A stretch of DNA of 64,000 bases from an uncultured Clostridium sp. (GTDB lineage: Bacteria > Bacillota > Clostridia > TANB77 > CAG-508), in the NCBI GenBank assembly GCA_948467875.1, contig CAOKFZ010000003.1:78050-142049 (forward strand), written 5' to 3'. The notes under the pieces are model-generated. The model saw nothing but the letters and a program-made list of their open reading frames with translations. It did not search any database and was not told the origin of the DNA. Shown piece by piece: positions 21,177 to 31,583 of the stretch; position 1 is the first letter of the stretch; each line of letters opens with the position of its first letter. Position numbers and translations under genes: made by a program.

Positions 21177-21734
21177 CTATTCCATAAAATAATTTAATGC
21201 ATAAACCGAATTGAGATGAATTTTTTTATTCTGCTTAATCCTTTGCCCAATCCCGACTTTTAAGATATATTTTACGCATTCATCCAAATCTTTATTCCCC
21301 AATTCAATCACATATTCTTTGTCTGGAAATTTTCTGTCTGCGCCTGTCATATCGGCTACATACAAGATTTTGTCAAGCAGTGACATATTGGCTTTTCCTG
21401 TTGTATGATATTGAATAGGCGAACACAAATCTTCACTAAAACCAAATTCTTTTTTCGCAATGTTTGCCCCAATTTTCCCATGCAACAACCCTGGATTTTC
21501 TCGCTCAATTTCATCAATCGCCAAATGATTTTCTTCGCAATATTTAATTTTTTCGTCTGCTGGCATTTCTTTGGCAATATCATGTGCAATTCCAACCAAC
21601 ATTGCCGCTTCTTTGTCCACTTTATAAATTTTCGCAAGTTCCACACAACGTGCTGCCACACATTCCGAATGATGAAAACGATAATCACTCAGACGCGACT
21701 TGACAATTTCGTATACTTCTTTATATGATTTCAT
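21177..21734 (-). CDS. yqeK: HD-domain hydrolase YqeK (bis(5'-nucleosyl)-tetraphosphatase-like)
   Basis: 185 aa with the HD motif (H..H...GIAHDIAK) and a YqeK-like N-terminus. Confidence 0.65.
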   Translation of the reverse strand: MKSYKEVYEIVKSRLSDYRFHHSECVAARCVELAKIYKVDKEAAMLVGIAHDIAKEMPADEKIKYCEENHLAIDEIERENPGLLHGKIGANIAKKEFGFSEDLCSPIQYHTTGKANMSLLDKILYVADMTGADRKFPDKEYVIELGNKDLDECVKYILKVGIGQRIKQNKKIHLNSVYALNYFME

Positions 21735-21876
21735 TTCTCCTCCTCGTATTTTTCATTTGTTTTTTATCCTATCATAACTTGATGGATATTGCAATAAATT
21801 TTATCAATAAAAATTCTTATTGTTATGATAGAATTACATCAAAAAAGCCCATATCATGGGCTTTTTTCAAATTTTA

Positions 21877-22221
21877 TTACTCAAATTTTACTTTCACTTT
21901 CTCTGGAAGTTCCTCATATTGCACTTCTTTCCATGAATGCACTCCCAAGATTTTTACTTCTAACATTAAATACGCATCTTCTCGTAATTCTCGGCTCGTT
22001 TTAAACTTAATCTCTCGTCTTTTGCCACTTGGATTATAACAATCCAACGTATACTCAAATCCCATATTATCCGAACTCGGTATCTGCTCCAGTTTGCTAT
22101 TATCGATTTGCGTATAATAAATTGTTTCATGAAATTCCATAAAATAAATTGCACCTACGCCAATGATAATGGCAATTATAACTGTTAATATAATTGGTAT
22201 TTTCTCGCTTATAGTTTCCAT
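21877..22221 (-). CDS. yxeA: YxeA-family (DUF1093) small membrane-anchored protein
   Basis: 114 aa with an N-terminal TM helix then YYTQIDNSK...GFEYTLDCYNPSGKRREIKF, typical of DUF1093. It is adjacent to a BceAB-type ABC transporter, as is usual. Confidence 0.6.
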   Translation of the reverse strand: METISEKIPIILTVIIAIIIGVGAIYFMEFHETIYYTQIDNSKLEQIPSSDNMGFEYTLDCYNPSGKRREIKFKTSRELREDAYLMLEVKILGVHSWKEVQYEELPEKVKVKFE

Positions 22222-22223
22222 TT

Positions 22224-24317
22224 TTATTCCTCCTTAATAATATTTTTACTACCTAAATATGTCGCCATAAAATAGGCTCCATAAATTACTCCCATAACAA
22301 TTATCGTTCCAATAATGGATGGCAACAAATCCTTTTTGCTTGCCACTCCTGCCAATGTCGAAAGCGCAAACTGAATGCCAAACACAGAATGAATGATTGC
22401 TAAAATCAGTGGCGTTCCAAAAAAGATGCCGATTTGTTTGAATAGCGCACTATGAATCATTTTTTCGTCACAACCAATTTTTCGCAAAATTGTGTACCTT
22501 TGCTTATTGTCCGAACTATCTGTCAATTGTTTCAAAGCCAAAATCGCTGAACTTGCAATCAAAAAGATAATTCCTAAATAAATCGCAATAAATGTTATCA
22601 TCGTTACTAAACCTACGCTCGCTTCGATAATCGAAATTTTGCTCATACCATCTAATCGTAAACCTTTTTCGGAAAGATTAGTCAATAAATTCCCTTCCTC
22701 TTTGCTAGAAAAAATCTGTTCAATTTTTTCTCTTTCTTCGTCTGTAACTGCATTATAATTCGCTGCCAAAAAATACTGTTCTGTCATCTCATCTGTTAAA
22801 TTACAATTATCTGGCACCAAAATAATGCCTGTATTCGTATGGCTTGTGGACATCATAAGAAATCCACTCTTGCACTCATTGTATTTTGCTCGGTAGGTTT
22901 TTCCTGCAATTTCCAAAGGATAATTTCCATCTTTCAAAACTTCATTTCGGATTTCCTTTTGTGACTCAAAATCGCAAAGCATAATGTATTCGTCATCCTT
23001 TAGCTCATATTCCTCGTTACCATACAATTTTGCAATTCTGTTATAATCAGACACTTTCATCAGTTCCTCTGGCATTTCATACCTCAGATTTTGGAATTTC
23101 GCTTTCAGGTCTCCTATTTTGTCTCCAAAAAACTTTTCCCAAGTCAAATCTTTATCTGTATAAACCATAACCTCTTCTACATCTTTTAGCAAATTCATAT
23201 CAAATCCGTTATTTTCCAAGGTTTCTCGTATTGGCACTCTGGAATCCTGCCTTTGCACTTCTGTGTAAACCTCTTCCTTGCCATTTCGCCCAACTGATTT
23301 TTCTGGCAAATACGCTGTTTTATATAAGTTAATATCCACTGGTGTCATTTCCAACAAATCGCTTTGCATCGTATTTCTTAAAGCAAGCGCTGACGACAAA
23401 ATCGTAATTGTCATAAAAAGCATCAAACAAATCACACTCATGCTCACAACCATGGTGTTAATTTTGTTGTTAATTTGTCTCAAAACAAACATATTCGTAT
23501 CTTTCAAATACGTTTGTTTCATGACTTGCACAATTTGCAAAATAAATCCTGACAATGACCAAAACACCAAAACAGTTCCCACAATTCCCATTAAAATCAC
23601 TTTTAACATTTTATCTGCCGTATTTAAAGAACCAACATCAACCGTCACTTTCCAATATGCAAACCCTAATAAAGCCACTGCTGCCACAAAAACTAATATC
23701 GACAAAATCGGATTTTTGATTTTCACAGTTTCGTTTCTCTTAGCGCTATTAAGCAAATGAATTAATTTATAACGCGAAATCGTAAGCGTATTAAAAAGCA
23801 TAACTGCCACATACATAATCGCAAAATATACGCAAGTTTTGATACAAGCCGCTTTTGAGAAAACAAACTCAAATTTGCTCATATCTGCTTCAAACATTTT
23901 GGAAACTAAAATCGACATAAATTGTGAGCCAAAAATACCAACTCCTAAACCGACTACAAGGGAAATCATTCCCACAAAAATCGTTTCCATCAAGATAATT
24001 TTTGAAATTTGTCTTCTGCCCATTCCTAAACTCATGTAAATTCCAAATTCTTTTTTGCGTCGGTTAATCAAAAAACTATTGGCATACACAATCAACAAGC
24101 CCAAAATCACAGCCACAAAAACAGAAACCATACCAAGCATTTCTATCATCAGCTGAATGATTTGCCTTTGCGAAGCGGAAACTTGCAACATCGCCTCTTG
24201 GCTATCTAGCGAATTAAAAAGGTAAAAAATCGCGACACCTAAAACCAATGTCAAAAAATAAATGCCATAATCTTTGATACTTTTTTTCATATTTTCAAAT
24301 GATAACTTAAATAACAT
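22224..24317 (-). CDS. ABC transporter permease, FtsX-like with a large extracellular loop (BceB/YxdM-type, antimicrobial-peptide resistance module)
   Basis: 697 aa with about 10 TM helices and a roughly 220-aa extracellular domain between TM7 and TM8. It overlaps the upstream ATPase gene by 11 nt. Confidence 0.8.
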   Translation of the reverse strand: MLFKLSFENMKKSIKDYGIYFLTLVLGVAIFYLFNSLDSQEAMLQVSASQRQIIQLMIEMLGMVSVFVAVILGLLIVYANSFLINRRKKEFGIYMSLGMGRRQISKIILMETIFVGMISLVVGLGVGIFGSQFMSILVSKMFEADMSKFEFVFSKAACIKTCVYFAIMYVAVMLFNTLTISRYKLIHLLNSAKRNETVKIKNPILSILVFVAAVALLGFAYWKVTVDVGSLNTADKMLKVILMGIVGTVLVFWSLSGFILQIVQVMKQTYLKDTNMFVLRQINNKINTMVVSMSVICLMLFMTITILSSALALRNTMQSDLLEMTPVDINLYKTAYLPEKSVGRNGKEEVYTEVQRQDSRVPIRETLENNGFDMNLLKDVEEVMVYTDKDLTWEKFFGDKIGDLKAKFQNLRYEMPEELMKVSDYNRIAKLYGNEEYELKDDEYIMLCDFESQKEIRNEVLKDGNYPLEIAGKTYRAKYNECKSGFLMMSTSHTNTGIILVPDNCNLTDEMTEQYFLAANYNAVTDEEREKIEQIFSSKEEGNLLTNLSEKGLRLDGMSKISIIEASVGLVTMITFIAIYLGIIFLIASSAILALKQLTDSSDNKQRYTILRKIGCDEKMIHSALFKQIGIFFGTPLILAIIHSVFGIQFALSTLAGVASKKDLLPSIIGTIIVMGVIYGAYFMATYLGSKNIIKEE

Positions 24318-25074
24318 CGCTCAAATCACCTCCCAGAAGCGTTTGCACTTCAATGATTTTCTCAAAAAATTGTTTTCTCGTATCATTCCCCTTGATGAGC
24401 TCATTAAAAATTTTGCCGTCTTTGATAAACAAAATTCGGTTGGCATACGATGCCGTAAAAGCGTCATGGGTAACAACTAGCAAAGTTGTATCTAATTTTT
24501 GATTCAAATATTCAAATGTTTCTAATAGTTGTCTAGCAGCTTTAGAATCAAGTGCACCTGTTGGCTCATCGGCTAGCACCAATTTAGGATTTGTAATCAT
24601 GGCTCGGCATGAGGCAATTCTTTGTTTTTGTCCACCAGAAACTTGATAGGGATACTTTCTCAAAATTTCCTGAATTCCTAATTTTCTTGCAATTTCGTTT
24701 ACTCTTTTGTCAATTTCTTTGGGACTTACGCGCTGAATGGTTAGCGCTAAAGCAATATTTTCGTATGCTGTCAAAGTGTCTAGCAAATTAAAATCTTGAA
24801 AAATAAACCCCAATTCTTCTCTCCTGAATTTGTTCAAATGGTTACCTTTTAGAGTGGTAATGTCTTTCCCATGGATGATAATGTGTCCACAAGTTACCTT
24901 ATCAATTGTGGAAATGCAATTCAAAAGTGTGGTTTTTCCACTTCCGCTCGCCCCCATAATTCCCACAAATTCGGCTTTGCTAACATCAAAACTAATATTG
25001 TCGATGGCTTTCGTCAAGTTTGACTTGTTCCCATAATATTTTTCAATATTTTTTACCTGTAAAATTTTTTCCAT
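24307..25074 (-). CDS. ABC transporter ATP-binding protein (BceA/YxdL-type)
   Basis: 255 aa with Walker A GASGSGKTT, signature SGGQKQR and Walker B LVLADEPT. Confidence 0.85.
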   Translation of the reverse strand: MEKILQVKNIEKYYGNKSNLTKAIDNISFDVSKAEFVGIMGASGSGKTTLLNCISTIDKVTCGHIIIHGKDITTLKGNHLNKFRREELGFIFQDFNLLDTLTAYENIALALTIQRVSPKEIDKRVNEIARKLGIQEILRKYPYQVSGGQKQRIASCRAMITNPKLVLADEPTGALDSKAARQLLETFEYLNQKLDTTLLVVTHDAFTASYANRILFIKDGKIFNELIKGNDTRKQFFEKIIEVQTLLGGDLSDVI

Positions 25075-25235
25075 ACTTAAAAGCTCCTTTCATTTGAATA
25101 TAGTATAACAGTTTTCTTGCATAATTACCATCGATTTAGGTTACAAAAACCTTACATCTGTGTAAGGTTTCTAAACATAAAAAAGAAGACAAACTCTGCA
25201 GTTCATCTCCTCCCAATCCGCTCGCTCAATTTTCT

Positions 25236-25544
25236 TTATTCATTAACCAGTTCTTCATTCATGTCTTTACAGTAACTTGTAATCATTGTCAATGTCCAAC
25301 TTACAAGCAAAAAAATATCTACTACAAACTCTATTTCATTATCGCCTTTAAATAAAAATTCTCTCAAAATTATCCGAGCCCAAATTAAAATAATCTCTTT
25401 CTTCGCTATCCAGCCCCTCAACATACAATTTTCCTGCCTATCACAATTCTTACGCTCAAAAATTATTATTAAAAAAAGCCAAAAAACCGCAAAAACAACA
25501 ATCAAACAATTTAACATTCCAAAAGCCATATTCATTATTAGCAC
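25236..25544 (-). CDS. Small hypothetical membrane protein (102 aa), the first gene downstream of the conserved promoter at 25630..25658
   Basis: ORF track. Two predicted TM helices. Confidence 0.3.
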   Translation of the reverse strand: MLIMNMAFGMLNCLIVVFAVFWLFLIIIFERKNCDRQENCMLRGWIAKKEIILIWARIILREFLFKGDNEIEFVVDIFLLVSWTLTMITSYCKDMNEELVNE

Positions 25545-25629
25545 CTCCTATAGTCAAAAAAACAAAGCGGATTTGAACAATGCACCCAATATTATTGTCT
25601 GCGTGCATACCAACATGTTTCTTATTTTT

Positions 25630-25658
25630 ATTATAGCACATTTTACATAAAATGTCAA
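25630..25658 (-). promoter_or_regulatory. Consensus promoter TTGACA-N17-TATAAT, spacer TTTTATGTAAAATGTGC (family copy 1), upstream of the small-membrane-protein / BceAB-like / yxeA operon
   Basis: -35 is the reverse complement of 25653-25658 and -10 is the reverse complement of 25630-25635. The spacer contains the palindromic core CATTTTA..TAAAATG. Confidence 0.55.
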
Positions 25659-25718
25659 CTTGACTTTTGACTGAAAATATGGTATAATAAAAGATGAGGG
25701 TATTTTTTGCAAATACCC

Positions 25719-26099
25719 TCACTTTTGTTTTACCTTTTTCTCTTTTTCTTCTATATAAGTTACCATTCTTTCTAACTCTTCTACTTTTATATCTCCCACT
25801 TCGCAAAATTGCCAAATTAATTCAATGACCGAATTATGATATAATTGTTCTAACAACTTTTTGGTTACTTCTTTTCTATATTTTTCTTTTTTAAAAATAG
25901 GTTTATAGAGAAATGCCTTTCCCTCTGTTTCAGCCGCTTTAATCGCACCTTTTGCTTGCAATCTTCTAATGAGCGTTCTTACGGTATTATCTGACCAATG
26001 AAACTTTTCTACTTCTTTGATAATCACACTAGAAGTCACTTCTTTTTTATCCCAAATCACTTTTAATATTTCTAGCTCAGCATCTGATACTTTTGTCAT
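25719..26099 (-). CDS. BlaI/MecI/CopY-family transcriptional repressor
   Basis: MTKVSDAELEILKVIWDKKEVTSSVII...NTVRTLIRRLQAKGAI is a winged-helix penicillinase-repressor fold. The start is taken at M20 of the listed ORF (26099) because RBS GGAGGAGGG lies just upstream. No BlaR1/M56 sensor is adjacent. Confidence 0.7.
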   Translation of the reverse strand: MTKVSDAELEILKVIWDKKEVTSSVIIKEVEKFHWSDNTVRTLIRRLQAKGAIKAAETEGKAFLYKPIFKKEKYRKEVTKKLLEQLYHNSVIELIWQFCEVGDIKVEELERMVTYIEEKEKKVKQK

Positions 26100-26199
26100 C
26101 CTCTTCCCTCCTCCATTTAAAATATTTCGTCGCAAATGAACAGTCTTACTGTTCATTATAACAAAATATTACTGTAAAATCAACTCTAAATTTACATTT

Positions 26200-27198
26200 T
26201 TACCCAACAATTTGTAAAATTAAAATCGCCAAAAAATAGCCAATTAAACCAGAAATTGGAAAATTCCAAAACCATGCTTTACAAATACTAAGTACTCTGG
26301 CTCGATCCATTTTGTTTTTATTATTTTGACCAATGGCAATAATGGACATGGTTTTGGCATGTGTTGTGCTCACAGGAATGCCTGTCATACTTGCCGTAAA
26401 CAATGTAAAAACAGTCGTTATATCGCTCAAAAGCGCTTGCTTGTTGTCCAGTTTTACCAGTTCTCCACCAATATTATCCACAATTTTTTTACCACCAATG
26501 GAAACCCCCATCCACATAATCACAGCCACATATAAAATAATCCATACATAATCCCAAGGCACAATGTTTTGTGGGATTGATACATTTTTTATTAAACTAA
26601 AAAATAAAATTAAAATCCCAATAAATTTTTGTCCGTCTTGTGCGCCATGCATAAATGACATTCCACAACAACCAATAATTTGCCATTTTTGTATTTGTTT
26701 TTGATTAGTCTTATCCATCCACTTTTTGGCTATTTTTGAAATGAGAATTCCAATCACTAATGTTCCTAAAATGGACCACACAAGCCCAATGATGACATTC
26801 ATCCATTCTGCCAAACTAACCGATTTCCAACCATAAATCGCAACCGCACTACCTGTCAAACCAGCAATTAACCCATGTGTTTCACTGGTCGGTATGCCAA
26901 ATTTCATAGCAACTAAGGCGAAAATAATAACTGAAATCATAGCAGAAACTAACACAATAATGCCATTTTCTCGGTCGCTTAGATCGACCATGGAACTAAT
27001 GCAACCTGCCACTGAAATATTAATAAAACTCATTACAATAATACCAATAAAATTAAAGGCAGCACTTAGCTTTGCTGCTTTGCGAAATGGCATCACTTTG
27101 GTTCCAACAAGTGTCGCAATTGCATTGGGCGCATCTGTTATGGCATTTGTGAAAATTAAAATTATAATTGTAATAAAAGTTAAAATATAAATTATCAA
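26200..27198 (-). CDS. pit: Inorganic phosphate transporter, PiT (PHO4) family
   Basis: 332 aa, polytopic, with duplicated PiT signature regions (TNAITDAPNAIAT and MHGAQDGQK). Confidence 0.8.
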   Translation of the reverse strand: MIIYILTFITIIILIFTNAITDAPNAIATLVGTKVMPFRKAAKLSAAFNFIGIIVMSFINISVAGCISSMVDLSDRENGIIVLVSAMISVIIFALVAMKFGIPTSETHGLIAGLTGSAVAIYGWKSVSLAEWMNVIIGLVWSILGTLVIGILISKIAKKWMDKTNQKQIQKWQIIGCCGMSFMHGAQDGQKFIGILILFFSLIKNVSIPQNIVPWDYVWIILYVAVIMWMGVSIGGKKIVDNIGGELVKLDNKQALLSDITTVFTLFTASMTGIPVSTTHAKTMSIIAIGQNNKNKMDRARVLSICKAWFWNFPISGLIGYFLAILILQIVG

Positions 27199-27280
27199 TT
27201 TTTTTCATTTCCTCTTTATTTTTGTTTTAATTAAGTATATAATGATATAATAATATTATTACCGTAAGAGGAGATTTTTA

Positions 27281-28405
27281 ATGACATTTTACAAAAAAAT
27301 TTTAATTTTGTTGCCTTTACTTATCTTAAGTATTTCTGTTCATTCTTATGTTTTGGCTGAAGAACTTAATTTATATTCTCCTTCTGCCATTTTAATTGAC
27401 AGTCATTCTGGGGATATTTTATATGAAAAAAATGCCAATATGATGATGTATCCAGCCAGTACCACCAAAGTTTTAACTGCGATTATTGCTATCGAATCCT
27501 GCTCACTTGATGAAAAAGTTGTTGCTAGCGAGGCAGCTGTTACATCTATTAAAAGTGGTTATACAAACGCCAAAATTCAAGTTGGCGAAGAGCTTTCAAT
27601 AGAAGATTTGCTATATGCGCTTTTGTTAAAATCCGCTAATGAAGCAGCCAATGTGCTCGCAGAACGTATTGGTGGCACCACCGAAAATTTCGCTAATATC
27701 ATGAATGCAAAGGCAATCGAGCTTGGTTGTACTTCTACGCATTTTGTAAATAGCAACGGAATTCATGATGAAAATCATTATACGAGCGCTGCTGATTTAG
27801 CAAAAATCACACGTTATTGCATGCAAAATGAACTTTTCAGGCATATGGTTGCAACACAAGAATATTCGCTTCCTGCCACAGAACAATATCCGTCTTCTGA
27901 CCGAATTTTAAAAAATACGAATAGTTTAATGAACCCGGAAAGTCCCTATTATTATCCTTATGTCATTGGTGGAAAAACTGGCTTTACGACACAAGCCAAG
28001 AATTGCATGATTGCTATGAGTGAAAAAGATGGATTAGAATTAATTTCTATTGTATTTCATGCAGAAAGTGCAGAGGATGGCAGAAGTGCTCGTTATTTGG
28101 ATACCATTACTTTGCTAGAATATGGCAACAACAATTTTATGCAATATGCAGTGCCAAAAGAAAATCCAGAAATTAGTCTTACACAAGAAAAAAACTTAGA
28201 AAATAGCTTGCCCGAAATATCAAACAATACCCAACTTCCAAATCCAACTGAACAAACTCCTTCAAGTTTCAATTTTAAAACACTTTTTATGATTTTATTA
28301 ATTTTAATTGGTATTCGAATTCTAGTCGCTTTTGTGCAACACAAAGTCATTTTATGCCGTATTTCAAAAAATAAAAAACGTGCCAGAAAATTTTTAAATC
28401 CTTAA
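27281..28405 (+). CDS. dacB: D-alanyl-D-alanine carboxypeptidase (S11 family, DacA/DacB-like) with a C-terminal membrane anchor
   Basis: Signal peptide, SXXK (ASTTK), SXN (KSANEAA), KTG and a C-terminal TM helix. Confidence 0.8.
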   Translation: MTFYKKILILLPLLILSISVHSYVLAEELNLYSPSAILIDSHSGDILYEKNANMMMYPASTTKVLTAIIAIESCSLDEKVVASEAAVTSIKSGYTNAKIQVGEELSIEDLLYALLLKSANEAANVLAERIGGTTENFANIMNAKAIELGCTSTHFVNSNGIHDENHYTSAADLAKITRYCMQNELFRHMVATQEYSLPATEQYPSSDRILKNTNSLMNPESPYYYPYVIGGKTGFTTQAKNCMIAMSEKDGLELISIVFHAESAEDGRSARYLDTITLLEYGNNNFMQYAVPKENPEISLTQEKNLENSLPEISNNTQLPNPTEQTPSSFNFKTLFMILLILIGIRILVAFVQHKVILCRISKNKKRARKFLNP

Positions 28406-28433
28406 AACCTGCATTCGGGCAGGTTTTATTGTG
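28405..28433. terminator. Bidirectional terminator (AAACCTGC-attcgg-GCAGGTTT) between dacB and comEA
   Basis: 8-bp stem followed by TATTGTGGGATTTTTATTTT. Confidence 0.6.
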
Positions 28434-28439
28434 GGATTT

Positions 28440-29057
28440 TTATTTTACACAAATAAAGTCTTTCATGCTGTTATACTTGCTATCTCCAATCCCAGAAACT
28501 TTTTTAATATCCTCAATTGTTTTGAATTTTCCATTTTCGTCTCGATAGGTTACGATTTTTTGAGCGGTGGAAGCCCCTATTCCCGGAACTGCTGTTAATT
28601 CCGTTGCCGAGGCTTTATTAATATTCACTTTGCCATTGGAATGACTACTTGAACTTGTTTGCGCTTCACTAGATGGCACCTGTTCTTCTGCATTGTCAGT
28701 CTCTTCCGACAAATTCGGAATATAAATTTTCTCGCCATCTTCTACTTCATAAGCCAAGTTAATTTCCTTCAAATTAGCCTCTGCCTTGATTCCTCCTGCA
28801 CCTTGTATGGCGTCTTCTATGCGTGCTCCTTCTTCTAATTCAATCACTCCTGGAGAATTTACTTCTCCTGTGACGTAAACCTTAATTTTGCTTGTTTCCT
28901 TAATTTCCTCAGTGCCAGTTGCATTACTAACAATCACTTCACTTGCTAAAATATTTTCATACTCTGAGCTTTTGGAATTGCTCGAAAAATAATAGACGAT
29001 AGCGAAAACCGCTACAATCAATGCTATTACTATTTTTATAATTTTTTGTTTTTCCAT
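28440..29057 (-). CDS. comEA: Competence protein ComEA (SLBB plus tandem helix-hairpin-helix DNA-binding domains)
   Basis: The C-terminus VNINKASATELTAVPGIGASTAQKIVTYRDENGKFKTIEDIKKVSGIG is the ComEA HhH. The start is taken at the ATG (MEKQK) preceded by AAAGGA, not at the TTG used by the ORF track. Confidence 0.75.
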   Translation of the reverse strand: MEKQKIIKIVIALIVAVFAIVYYFSSNSKSSEYENILASEVIVSNATGTEEIKETSKIKVYVTGEVNSPGVIELEEGARIEDAIQGAGGIKAEANLKEINLAYEVEDGEKIYIPNLSEETDNAEEQVPSSEAQTSSSSHSNGKVNINKASATELTAVPGIGASTAQKIVTYRDENGKFKTIEDIKKVSGIGDSKYNSMKDFICVK

Positions 29058-29156
29058 ATGGATCAATCCTTTCTATTTTATTTTTAATATTTGTTGAATT
29101 TTGTCGATATTTGATATATGATAGTATTAATAAAATTTTACTTTTAGGAGTTTTCT

Positions 29157-30407
29157 ATGAAATTAAAGAAAAAAATTTTTATGCTATTTCTGCTTTTGAT
29201 TATTTTTACCCATTTTACTTTTGCAGCTGAACCAGAAATTGCGTCAACTGCTGCCATATTGGTTGAGGAAAGTACTGGAAAAATTCTGTACGAAAAAAAT
29301 GCTTACGAAAAAATGTACCCAGCTAGTACCACTAAAATTATGACTGCGATTTTAATTCTTGAAAATTGTAAACTTGACGAAATGGCAACTGTCAGTTATA
29401 ATGCGGTTTACTCATTGCCAAGTGGCTACGTGAATGCCAGTTTGCAAGAGGGCGAAGAAATGTCAATTAATGATTTAATGTATGCTTTGATGGTAAAATC
29501 TGCGAATGATGCTGCTATTGTTTTGGCAGAACATATGAGTGGTTCTGTGCAAAATTTTGCCAAAATGATGAATGAAAAAGCTGCTTCGCTTGGTTGCCAA
29601 AATACGCATTTCGTCAATCCAAATGGAGTTCACAATGATAATCATTATACAACTGCTCATGATTTGTATTTGATTGCGTCTTACTGCATGAAAAATGAGA
29701 ATTTCAGGAGATATGTTTCAACTGTTTCCTATACTTTGCCAGCAACCAATAAATATTTGGCTAAAGACAGAGTTTGCACCACTACAAATGAAATGTTACG
29801 ATCTAAAAGCAAATATTATAATGAAAATATTATTGGTATCAAAACAGGACATACGACAGAAGCAAAAAATTGCTTGGTAAGTGGCGCAGTGCAAAACAAT
29901 ATCGAATTAATTTCAGTTGTGTTGCATTCTGGGACAAATCGCGAGGGACTGAGCGAACGATATGTTGACACACAAGCATTGTTTGATTATGGTTTTAAAG
30001 ATTTTGCCTTTACCGATATTGTAAAAGAAAATGATGTTCTTACCAATATAGAAATCGAAAATGCGAGCAAAGACACGAAAAATCTTGATTTAATCGCAAA
30101 AGATACTTTGTTTTCTTATTTAAATGTACAAACTGATTTAACAAATCTAAAACCTGAAATTACTTTAAACGAAAACTTGGAGGCACCAATCCCCGCCAAT
30201 AGCTCACTTGGTAAAGCAGTTTACACGGTTGACGGCATACAATATACGACTGAATTATTGGCAAGTCACGCTGTTGAGAAAAAATTCAATTGGCAAATTA
30301 TTCTTTTAATTGCTGGGATTTTGTTATTCATTTTGGGAGCTTTCATTCTGATTTTGCAATTCAGGCGTAAAAAGAAAAAATTGAAAAAGAAACAAGCAAG
30401 GAAATAA
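29157..30407 (+). CDS. dacA: D-alanyl-D-alanine carboxypeptidase (S11, DacA-like, with PBP5 C-terminal domain and TM anchor)
   Basis: Signal peptide, SXXK (ASTTK), SXN (KSANDAA), KTG, a C-terminal TM helix and a KKKK tail. Confidence 0.8.
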   Translation: MKLKKKIFMLFLLLIIFTHFTFAAEPEIASTAAILVEESTGKILYEKNAYEKMYPASTTKIMTAILILENCKLDEMATVSYNAVYSLPSGYVNASLQEGEEMSINDLMYALMVKSANDAAIVLAEHMSGSVQNFAKMMNEKAASLGCQNTHFVNPNGVHNDNHYTTAHDLYLIASYCMKNENFRRYVSTVSYTLPATNKYLAKDRVCTTTNEMLRSKSKYYNENIIGIKTGHTTEAKNCLVSGAVQNNIELISVVLHSGTNREGLSERYVDTQALFDYGFKDFAFTDIVKENDVLTNIEIENASKDTKNLDLIAKDTLFSYLNVQTDLTNLKPEITLNENLEAPIPANSSLGKAVYTVDGIQYTTELLASHAVEKKFNWQIILLIAGILLFILGAFILILQFRRKKKKLKKKQARK

Positions 30408-30421
30408 AATTATTTCCTTGC

Positions 30422-30456
30422 TATTATTATAAAGGCTTGCTACACAAAAAGCAAGC
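30422..30456. terminator. Bidirectional terminator (AAGGCTTGC-tacacaaaaa-GCAAGCCTT plus T7) between dacA and the LCP gene
   Basis: 9-bp perfect stem then TTTTTTT. Confidence 0.65.
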
Positions 30457-30471
30457 CTTTTTTTATATTTT

Positions 30472-31570
30472 TTATTTCTTTGTAGATTTTGTTGACTTTT
30501 TGGTCGTGTTGGTTGTATTAGTTTGTTTTTTCGTTTCATTTTTTGTCTGATTTTTTACCTCAATTGTCGCCTTACCATCATCTTCTTGTGGACCTTCTGT
30601 TTCTATGCCTTTCACATAATTGGTCATTTCTTTGACAATTTTTTGAGTCTCTTCTTCATCACTTGCAAAAAAGCTTAATTTGTTATAATCTTGCGCGATA
30701 CCTGCTATCTGATTACTCTTAATATTTGCCATATCAAAGCTGACTGCCCATGGTACATAAGGAAAAACATCATCCAAAGTCACGTTTGTTTCAATATTTT
30801 CAAACAAAGTTGTCATAATACTTTTTATATGGGTTATGTTCTTTAGCTTTAGTGTTTGCTTTCCGACTTCAATCATAAAATCACGTTGTGTTTTCATTCT
30901 ACCAAAATCATTATCTCCATATTCAGTCGGATAAGAAGTTCCATTATTATTATGTCTAAATCTTAGCAATTGTTCGGCATGGTCCCCATCGATTTTTTGA
31001 TAACCAGACTTCAAATGAATATGCAAATTCTGTGTTTTGTCATCATAATTCATATCAATCGGAACATCAAAATAAACGCCTCCTATATTATTCACTAAAT
31101 CAATCACCACTTGATTATTCACAACCACATAATATTTGATATTCATGCCAGTCAGTTCATTGACTAACTCCAATGTTTTTTCAGGGCCTTTGTTGGAATA
31201 GACAGAATTAATCTTGTCATATCCTGTGGCTTTCGATTTGCTTTTCCCAACAAACGTATCACGTGGAATCGACAACATGGAAGCTCTTTGCGTTTTTGGA
31301 TTATACGAGCAAACCATAATCGTGTCCGTTAATCTAGAGTCGAGGTCTTCACTAACGCCGCATCAATAAAACATCGATGGTTCCTACATCTTCCAATTTC
31401 TCCATATCTTGCCCCAAAATCGTAGCCAAAATTCCTTGTAGTCCACCTCCATTTTTTGCAATCGAGTATCCTAAATAGGAGCCCACAATTAATAATATCA
31501 ATAATATGACAACTAAAATAATTTTTCCAACATTTTTTTTCTTTTTTTCTTCTTTTTTTCTTCTTCCCAA
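30472..31570 (-). pseudogene. LytR-CpsA-Psr (LCP) family protein, split by a +1 frameshift (31570..31352 and 31317..30472).
   Basis: The N-terminal ORF has a TM anchor and ends ...DVLLMRR*. Deleting one G at plus 31360 (atg[c]ggcgtt in the coding sense) gives IDVLLMGVSEDLDSRLTDTIMVCSYNPKTQRASMLSIPRDT, the canonical LCP motif. Confidence 0.75.
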
Positions 31571-31583
31571 AACATCATCTCCA

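Noticed and set aside
25659-25687. Plus-strand consensus-looking promoters (TTGACT-N17-TATAAT) at 25659..25687 and 35768..35796, facing into the 3' ends or antisense strands of minus-strand genes.
   Set aside because: They arise because the -35 elements of the minus-strand promoters sit in a palindrome (GTCAA-S-TTGAC) that reads as TTGAC on both strands. Their downstream DNA is antisense to blaI and to the GNAT gene. Antisense transcription is possible but unsupported.
25456-25815. 119-aa ORF overlapping the 3' end of the BlaI-family gene and the promoter region.
   Set aside because: It overlaps a conserved gene and the conserved promoter, and has no RBS or recognisable fold.
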